64,000 bases of DNA. Source: Minisyncoccota bacterium. GTDB lineage: Bacteria > Patescibacteriota > Minisyncoccia > Phycocordibacterales > UBA1006. The stretch spans positions 14,115 through 78,114 of the forward strand of contig JAJOIF010000006.1 of NCBI GenBank assembly GCA_021209525.1, given 5' to 3'. Both the position numbers and the translations under genes were made by a program. Positions 57,548 to 64,000 of the stretch are shown here, piece after piece. The notes beneath the pieces are model-generated. The model was not told where the DNA came from, did not search any database, and saw nothing but the letters and a program-made list of their open reading frames with translations. Positions within the stretch are counted from its first letter, which is position 1, and the number at the start of each line of letters is the position of its first letter.

Positions 57548-60500
57548 ATGTCTATGTCACCAGAATCACTTACCAAAAAATCATCATATGCCGAGCGCGA
57601 AGAGCGTATTCTCGCATTTTGGGAAGATCAAAAAATTTTTCAAAAAACACTTACCAAAAAAGCTCCTTTGGGCGATTTTATATTTTATGAAGGACCGCCT
57701 ACCGCTAATGGGCGGCCAGGTATTCATCACCTTGCATCTCGTGCCTTCAAAGATGCTTTTCCTCGCTACAAAACAATGCGAGGATATTATGTGCGCCGCA
57801 AAGGAGGATGGGATACGCACGGTCTTCCGGTGGAGCTTGAGGTTGAAAAACAACTTGGCCTTGCCTCTAAAAAAGACATTGAATCATATGGCATTGAGGC
57901 ATTTAATCATGCATGTCGTCAGTCAGTATGGACATACCTTAATGAATGGCAAGATTTCACCAAGCGTATTGGGTACTGGCTTGATATGGATCATCCGTAT
58001 ATTACTTATGATGAAAAATATGTAGAATCGCTCTGGTGGGTAATGAAGCAAATTGCTGATAAAAATCTCCTCTACAAAGACTACAAAATTGTGCCATGGT
58101 GCCCTCGTTGTGGTACAGGACTCTCAAGTCATGAACTTGCCCAAGGATATGCTGATGTCAAAGATATTTCTATTATTGCAAAATTCAAAGTCAGCAATCA
58201 CACGTATGATCGTGATACCTATATTCTCGCATGGACAACAACACCATGGACATTACCAGGCAATGTCGCCCTTGCTGTTGGTGCATCTATTACCTATGCG
58301 CGCATTTTGTGTGATGGTGTATATTATGTAGTCGCTCAGGATCTTGTGACCAAAGTATTCCATGGTCGCGAATATGCCGTTGTAGATACATGTATGGGAG
58401 ATGATTTGGCGGGGATGACTTATGAACCACTTTTCCCGTACATGCAATACGCACATGCGCGTGAGCCTATTCCTCATATGGAAAATGCATATGCTGTATA
58501 TGCTGCAGATTTTGTCACTACCGGAGATGGTACAGGGGTGGTGCACACAGCGGTTATGTATGGTCAAGACGACTTTGAATTAGGAAACAAGGTTTCTTTG
58601 CCTAAATTTCACATCATTCATCCAGATGGTGCATTCAAAGAAGATATGGGTGTACTCTCTGGTCGCTTTATCAAAGAAATGATAGATGGCAAACCGACAC
58701 TTGATATTGATATTATCAAACATCTCCAAGAAACCGACACTTTTTTTGCAAAAGAAAAATACGACCACAATTATCCGCATTGTTGGCGCTGTAAAACACC
58801 ACTCGTGTATTATGCGCGAGATTCGTGGTACATCAATATGCAAGATGTCAAAGCCGATCTCATTGCAGAGAATCAATCTATTGCATGGCATCCAGAATAT
58901 GTAGGGCAAGGGCGTTTTGGTGAATGGCTCCAAGAGCTCAAAGACTGGGCTATTTCTCGTGAGCGCTACTGGGGTACACCATTACCGCTCTGGCAATCAC
59001 CAGATGGCGACATGTGGGCTGTTGGTGGTTTTGATGACATCTACCGCCACGCAGAACCATCAGTACTTACCAAAATGATAATCATGCGCCACGCAGAAAG
59101 TGAAAAAAACATAGCTGATGTGTGGGATGCATCTGACGACACGTACCCGCTCACTGCAACAGGGCGCGCTCAAGCACAAGCATGTGCTCAGAAACTGAAA
59201 GATGCAGGTATTGATATTATTGTGGCTTCGCCAGTGCGTCGCACACGAGAAACCGCAGAAATTATTGCGCGCGAAATTGGTGCAACTATGCACATAGAAG
59301 AAGCCTTGCGCGAAATTGATTCGGGTAATTGGGAAGGAAAAACATATGCCGAAGTCAAAGAGAGTCGTGATGCATATAATGCGCTTGATTCAGATGCATT
59401 TCATCACGCAATTCGCGGAGATCATGGCGAGAGTTGGCAAACATTTGATGAGCGTGTGAGTGCGTGGTATCGTGATGTGTGTACGCGTTATGCAGGCAAA
59501 ACTATTTTAGTAGTGAGCCACTTTGCAAATCTTGTATATATTTTCAAGAATTATAAAAATATTTCTCACACCGAAGCATCGCGACTATTCACCAAGCCTG
59601 ATTTTGGTGTATATGTAGTACCAACAACACTCTATATTGATCAGCGCACAGGGTATGCTTTTGACCCGCATCGTCCATTTGTAGATACCATCACCCTTGC
59701 TCGCGAAGGAAAAACATATACGCGTGTGCCAGAAGTCATCGATGTGTGGTTTGACTCGGGTGCTATGCCTTTTGCGCAAGATCATTACATGGGCGAAGGT
59801 AGCTTTAGTTATCCTGCAGATGTCATTGCCGAAGGAATGGATCAAACCCGTGGGTGGTTCTACACCTTGCACGCTATTGGAAACTTGCTTGGATATGGCA
59901 AGGCATATAAAAATGTCATCAGTCTGGGGCTTATTAATGATGCGCAAGGACAAAAAATGTCAAAGTCAAAAGGGAATACCGTCAATCCATGGGATGCCAT
60001 GAATACGTTTGGAGTAGATACCATCCGTTTTTGGATGTATTCAGTGAGCGGCCCTGGTGATGCAAAGAGTTTTGATGAAAAGACAATTCTTGAAACACAA
60101 CGCAAAGTATTTGGTCTCCTTGATAATGTGGTTCATTTTTACGAATTATATCGTGCTTCGTATGATGCATCATATATTCCTCAAGAATCTCCGCATATTC
60201 TCGATCAGTGGATCCTCGCGCGACTTCATTATGTTGTAGCGACTATGACGCATCACATGGATGCATATCGCATCCTTGAATCAACACGGCTCGTGCGTGA
60301 CTTTATTGCAGATCTCTCGCAATGGTATATTCGCCGCAGTCGTGACCGCTTCAAAGAAACAGGTCGTGATATGTACTTTGCTTTGGCGACAACCCAGTAT
60401 GTACTCGATACACTTGCAAGGCTTATGGCACCTTTTGCACCATTCTTTGCCGAAGATATGTACCAACGTATTGAAGGTGCAGAAATATCAGTGCATATGG

Positions 60501-61000
60501 CATCGTGGCCTACTGAAAAACCATATGACCAAGAAGTACTCAAAGACATGGATCGTGTTCGCACACTCATTTCTGAGGCACTTGAATTACGCGCCCAAGC
60601 AAAAATAAAAGTGCGTCAACCACTGCAAGTACTTACCCTTACAGGAGATCCTCTTGATGAGACATACGAAGCACTCATCAAAGACGAAGTAAATGTCAAA
60701 GATATTGCTTATGGTGACACGAATGCACTTGATACGACGATTACTGATGCCTTACGCGCTGAAGGAGATGTGCGCGAATTGGTTAGACATATTCAAAATC
60801 TACGCAAAGACAAGGGGTTGCATCCAGATGATCGCATTCATGTAGTTATTGATACTGATGATGCGGGCAAGGTATTTTTTGATACGCACGCTGCAACGAT
60901 TCAAGGGCTTACTAATATTGCTACGTACGCTTTTGGATCCATCGCTGGCGATGCAATAGAAGTGACACATGGGGTATATCGTATAGGTATTACAGAATAA
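57548..61000 (+). CDS. ileS: isoleucine--tRNA ligase with an in-frame ~190-aa histidine-phosphatase (PGM-like) domain insertion
   Basis: HIGH-region PTANGRPGIHH, editing domain TTPWTLPGN, WISRERYWGTP, DVWFDSG, KMSKS (QKMSKSKGN). Inserted block carries RHAESEKN, SPVRRTRETAEII, EIDSGNWEG, VVSHFANL. Start may be the second ATG at 57554. Confidence 0.85.
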   Translation: MSMSPESLTKKSSYAEREERILAFWEDQKIFQKTLTKKAPLGDFIFYEGPPTANGRPGIHHLASRAFKDAFPRYKTMRGYYVRRKGGWDTHGLPVELEVEKQLGLASKKDIESYGIEAFNHACRQSVWTYLNEWQDFTKRIGYWLDMDHPYITYDEKYVESLWWVMKQIADKNLLYKDYKIVPWCPRCGTGLSSHELAQGYADVKDISIIAKFKVSNHTYDRDTYILAWTTTPWTLPGNVALAVGASITYARILCDGVYYVVAQDLVTKVFHGREYAVVDTCMGDDLAGMTYEPLFPYMQYAHAREPIPHMENAYAVYAADFVTTGDGTGVVHTAVMYGQDDFELGNKVSLPKFHIIHPDGAFKEDMGVLSGRFIKEMIDGKPTLDIDIIKHLQETDTFFAKEKYDHNYPHCWRCKTPLVYYARDSWYINMQDVKADLIAENQSIAWHPEYVGQGRFGEWLQELKDWAISRERYWGTPLPLWQSPDGDMWAVGGFDDIYRHAEPSVLTKMIIMRHAESEKNIADVWDASDDTYPLTATGRAQAQACAQKLKDAGIDIIVASPVRRTRETAEIIAREIGATMHIEEALREIDSGNWEGKTYAEVKESRDAYNALDSDAFHHAIRGDHGESWQTFDERVSAWYRDVCTRYAGKTILVVSHFANLVYIFKNYKNISHTEASRLFTKPDFGVYVVPTTLYIDQRTGYAFDPHRPFVDTITLAREGKTYTRVPEVIDVWFDSGAMPFAQDHYMGEGSFSYPADVIAEGMDQTRGWFYTLHAIGNLLGYGKAYKNVISLGLINDAQGQKMSKSKGNTVNPWDAMNTFGVDTIRFWMYSVSGPGDAKSFDEKTILETQRKVFGLLDNVVHFYELYRASYDASYIPQESPHILDQWILARLHYVVATMTHHMDAYRILESTRLVRDFIADLSQWYIRRSRDRFKETGRDMYFALATTQYVLDTLARLMAPFAPFFAEDMYQRIEGAEISVHMASWPTEKPYDQEVLKDMDRVRTLISEALELRAQAKIKVRQPLQVLTLTGDPLDETYEALIKDEVNVKDIAYGDTNALDTTITDALRAEGDVRELVRHIQNLRKDKGLHPDDRIHVVIDTDDAGKVFFDTHAATIQGLTNIATYAFGSIAGDAIEVTHGVYRIGITE

Positions 61001-61088
61001 GTTTTGATACACCGCTTGAAAAAAACACAGTGAAAACTGTGTTTTTTCTTGCAATACGCATCAAAAAAGCGTATTATCACGTATATAT

Positions 61089-61679
61089 ATGTCGTATACG
61101 CATTACCACACAGAAGCTCTTGTTATAGCCCTTGAAAATCAAGGAGAAGGGAATCGCGTCATTACCTTGCTCACCAAGGATTATGGAGTCATTCGCGCCC
61201 TTGCGCAAAGTGTCCGCGAGACACGCTCAAAACAACGATTTGGACTACAACTCTTTTCATATAGTGAAGTAACCTTGATTTTGGGTCGCGAATATTGGCG
61301 TTTAGCTGGAGTCTCACCAATTACGAATTATGGATTATCGCTCGCTGACCAGTCTCATGTATATGGACTTTTATCGCGTGCTGGAAAATTGGTAACACGC
61401 CTCGTTCAAGGAGAAGAATCAAACCCCGAGCTCTTTGATGAATTTAAAAATGCATGTAATTTTTTAAATGCGCAATCACTTGATGACGAAGCGACGCAAT
61501 ATTTTGAAACATTGTTCATTGTCCGTATCTTGAGTCATCTCGGCTATTGGGCAGATCAAAAAGAAATGCCATGGCTCGTTGATGCTGACTTATCCCAAGA
61601 AATACTCTTGCAAACTGCTGATAATCAGCGAAATCTTATTGAGCGTATCAATACCTCATTGCGTGAGACACAATTGTGA
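61089..61679 (+). CDS. recO: DNA repair protein RecO-like
   Basis: N-terminal OB-fold segment (EALVIALENQGEGNRVITLLTKDYGVIRALAQS) and RecO-like C-terminal helical region (LFIVRILSHLGYW). Confidence 0.5.
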   Translation: MSYTHYHTEALVIALENQGEGNRVITLLTKDYGVIRALAQSVRETRSKQRFGLQLFSYSEVTLILGREYWRLAGVSPITNYGLSLADQSHVYGLLSRAGKLVTRLVQGEESNPELFDEFKNACNFLNAQSLDDEATQYFETLFIVRILSHLGYWADQKEMPWLVDADLSQEILLQTADNQRNLIERINTSLRETQL

Positions 61680-61693
61680 TATACTAATCACAT

Positions 61694-63631
61694 ATGGAAG
61701 AAAAAAAACCAATTGACGGTGTATACAAACCAAAAACAAAAATGGAGCAAGCAAAGTCTCGCTTGGAGAGTAATTTTTATACCCCAAAAGAAAAGCCTCG
61801 TTCTCGTCTCTTGCATCACGAAGACCCTGTATCTCATACATGGGATACCACTCCGCAGAATACACAACCTCAACCTGATCTCTCTATGTCTTCTAAAAAA
61901 CCACGCACTCCTCATTTTTTCAAAAAATTCTTTATAGGCGCACTCATTTTTTGTATAGCAGCACTTCTCATTACATTTTTTTCTTTTTCAAGCGGCCGTT
62001 CTCGTGTATCAAATCGTGCTATTGATATTCATATTCTCACGCGCTCATTTGTAAATGGTGGGGAAGCATTGCAGGTTACTGTTGAGATTGTAAACAGAAA
62101 TCCCGTTCCTCTTGAATTAGCAGACCTTGAGCTTGCCTATCCACGAACTTCGGTGCTCACTCAAGAAATGGCGCGCGAGCGACGGTCTCTAGGCACGATT
62201 CAATCAGGCACATCTGTGCGCCAAGAATTTGAAATCACCCTCTTTGGAGAAGAAGGATCATTGCGATCCCTAGAGGCTTCTTTGGAGTACCGCATACCTA
62301 ATTCAAATGCTATTTTTGTGCGCACTGAAAGTATTGAAGTGATTATTCAATCAACACCCCTCGAACTCCTTATTAATGCTCCGACAACATCACTTCCGAA
62401 TCAGCGCATTTCATTTGATGTAATTGTTAATGCTCAGTCACCGACACCTCTTGAAAATATGCTTGTTGGTGTTGAATATCCTGCAACTTTTACCTTTGAA
62501 GAATCCGTTCCTCCGCCATCATTTGGTCAAAACACATGGGCATTTCCATTTTTGGATGTAGGATCAGAAACAAAAATAACCATCACAGGAACACTTCAAG
62601 GTGATACTGATTCATTACAAGTATTTCGTGCATTTGTGGGAAACCAGAATCCAAGACGCGACAGGGAAATACTTACTGTATTTAATACCGCAATTCATGA
62701 TATTGCGGTACAGTCTTCATTTATTGATCTTGCTCTACGGCTAGGTAATCAGAGTAATACAGCCTTCACCTTGAATAGTGGGCAAAATGGATCTTTTACG
62801 CTTGATTGGGAAAACAGGAGTGGCGAAATTCTGTCTAATATTGAAATTGTTGGGGTAATAGGAGGTAATGCATATACTGCGCAGACCGTTGCTGTGCAGC
62901 GAGGATTCTTTGATTCAAATACAAATCGCATGATATGGGATAGAACCAATGATGCGCGTTTAGGGTCTATAGGTCCGAGTGATCGCGGTAGTGTCACATT
63001 TTCTCTGGCTCCTCGATCGCTGATTGCAGGAAATCAAACACTTGCCCAGCCAGAAATAACTCTTGATTTCAGTATTCGCGCACTTGATGCAACAGGACGT
63101 ATGTTAACTGCTGAGCGCCTAGTGAGTCAGCGTGTGGTGATTAATTCAGATCTGCAATTGCAACAGCGCACTCTGTATTATGGAGGTATTCTCAGCAATA
63201 GCGGGCCATATCCTCCTGTTGTAGGGCAACGCACTGATATGACTATTGTGTGGAATGTTACTAATTCATCAAACACTATTGACGAAGCTGTGGTAACAAC
63301 CACCTTGCCACAATATGTAACATGGAATAATCGTTTTTCTCCTGCTTCAGAAAACATTACCTACAATACCGTGACACGCGAAGTGCGATGGTCATTAGGA
63401 GAAATTGCGCGAGGTACTGGATTTGAGACGCCAGCACGCGAAGTTTCTTTCCAAGTATCATTAACTCCATCAGTAAGTCAGATTGGTCCTCAGCCGGTAC
63501 CACTCACGAGTGACGTGGTGATTCAAGGGCGAGATCGATTCACTAACTCACTCCTGCAAGGGAATAGGCGTGAACATACGACACAATTACTCAATGATGT
63601 ACAGCCAGGATCTGGTACTATTACGCAATAG
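61694..63631 (+). CDS. large membrane-anchored hypothetical protein (Lys/Pro-rich N-tail, one TM, ~530-aa beta-rich ectodomain)
   Basis: TM helix IGALIFCIAALLITFFSF; no family recognised. Confidence 0.5.
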   Translation: MEEKKPIDGVYKPKTKMEQAKSRLESNFYTPKEKPRSRLLHHEDPVSHTWDTTPQNTQPQPDLSMSSKKPRTPHFFKKFFIGALIFCIAALLITFFSFSSGRSRVSNRAIDIHILTRSFVNGGEALQVTVEIVNRNPVPLELADLELAYPRTSVLTQEMARERRSLGTIQSGTSVRQEFEITLFGEEGSLRSLEASLEYRIPNSNAIFVRTESIEVIIQSTPLELLINAPTTSLPNQRISFDVIVNAQSPTPLENMLVGVEYPATFTFEESVPPPSFGQNTWAFPFLDVGSETKITITGTLQGDTDSLQVFRAFVGNQNPRRDREILTVFNTAIHDIAVQSSFIDLALRLGNQSNTAFTLNSGQNGSFTLDWENRSGEILSNIEIVGVIGGNAYTAQTVAVQRGFFDSNTNRMIWDRTNDARLGSIGPSDRGSVTFSLAPRSLIAGNQTLAQPEITLDFSIRALDATGRMLTAERLVSQRVVINSDLQLQQRTLYYGGILSNSGPYPPVVGQRTDMTIVWNVTNSSNTIDEAVVTTTLPQYVTWNNRFSPASENITYNTVTREVRWSLGEIARGTGFETPAREVSFQVSLTPSVSQIGPQPVPLTSDVVIQGRDRFTNSLLQGNRREHTTQLLNDVQPGSGTITQ

Positions 63632-63678
63632 AGGATACATCTCGCGTATACGACCTATTTGTGATAGGATACACCTAT

Positions 63679-64000
63679 ATGGAAAAATATGACCCAGAAC
63701 AACTCTCGCTTGAAACCATCGTTGCCCTCGCCAAGAGGCGCGGTTTCATCTTTCCTGCAAATGAACTCTATGGAGGTCTTGCTGGATTTTACGATTACGG
63801 CCCCCTTGGTTCGCTTTTAAAAAATAATATCAAACAATCATGGCTCAATAAATTTGTGCATAGTCGCACTGATATGCATCTCCTTGATGCCGCTATTGTC
63901 ATGAGCGCAAAACCGCTCACGGCATCAGGTCATGTAGGAGGATTTTCTGATCCATTGGTTGAGTGTGAGAAATGTCACAAACGTTTTCGTGCGGATCAGC
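63679..64000 (+). CDS. glyS: glycine--tRNA ligase (alpha2 type), 5-prime part; runs off the window end
   Basis: N-terminus MEKYDPEQLSLETIVALAKRRGFIFPANELYGGLAGFYDYGPLG is the conserved class-II GlyRS start; not in ORF track because it is truncated. Confidence 0.8.
   Translation, partial: MEKYDPEQLSLETIVALAKRRGFIFPANELYGGLAGFYDYGPLGSLLKNNIKQSWLNKFVHSRTDMHLLDAAIVMSAKPLTASGHVGGFSDPLVECEKCHKRFRADQ

Overview
This is a dense, mostly housekeeping 64-kb window that looks like it comes from a small-genome, probably uncultivated bacterium. I infer CPR/Parcubacteria-like from gene content only; nothing was searched. About 85 percent of the window is coding: roughly 75 protein genes, 2 tRNAs and several clear rho-independent terminators.

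Blocks I can recognise from the sequence:
- secE-nusG-rplK, ending in a strong terminator with no rplA.
- A thymidylate/folate island: folA, dCMP deaminase, mazG-like, thyA, glyA, NDT/DNPH1-like, tmk, dut.
- argS, and the infC-rpmI-rplT operon.
- truB, then two tandem paralogous cell-surface proteins.
- tRNA-Asn followed by unrelated hypothetical genes and a GLUG-motif adhesin.
- metK, an MsbA-like ABC exporter, pirin, an ABC-F ATPase.
- A Pif1-like helicase, an SNase nuclease and a UvrD-like helicase.
- A DEAD-box helicase, cspA, an orphan OmpR regulator, lemA-htpX, typA, a K+ channel, tRNA-Ser.
- rpiB, rpe, split tktA/tktB, Fe/Mn SOD, ileS, recO, and the start of glyS.

Most unusual observations:
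1. The ileS gene has an in-frame insertion of about 190 codons. It carries every hallmark motif of a histidine-phosphatase (phosphoglycerate-mutase-like) domain, placed between the WGTP and DVWFDSG/KMSKS segments of the catalytic core.
2. A family of MITE-like elements with CAAGCACCAAA-type terminal inverted repeats. One copy carries a decayed four-helix-bundle (23S-IVS-type) protein gene. Short copies are fused to the 3-prime ends of genes and supply their stop codons. Related fragments contain a TCTTGTA tandem array.
3. A recurring promoter cassette (TATACT or TAAAAT, then 7-9 nt, then ATG) sits directly on the start codons of many genes. This implies pervasive leaderless mRNAs. glyA and dut share a near-identical 37-bp copy.
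4. Two membrane-protein genes are broken by 1-nt frameshifts at homopolymers.
5. There are tRNA-Ser 3-prime-end scar copies, and a 64-bp direct-repeat pair with a perfect palindrome in the typA/K-channel divergent region.

No CRISPR array, transposase, integrase or recognisable defence system was seen.
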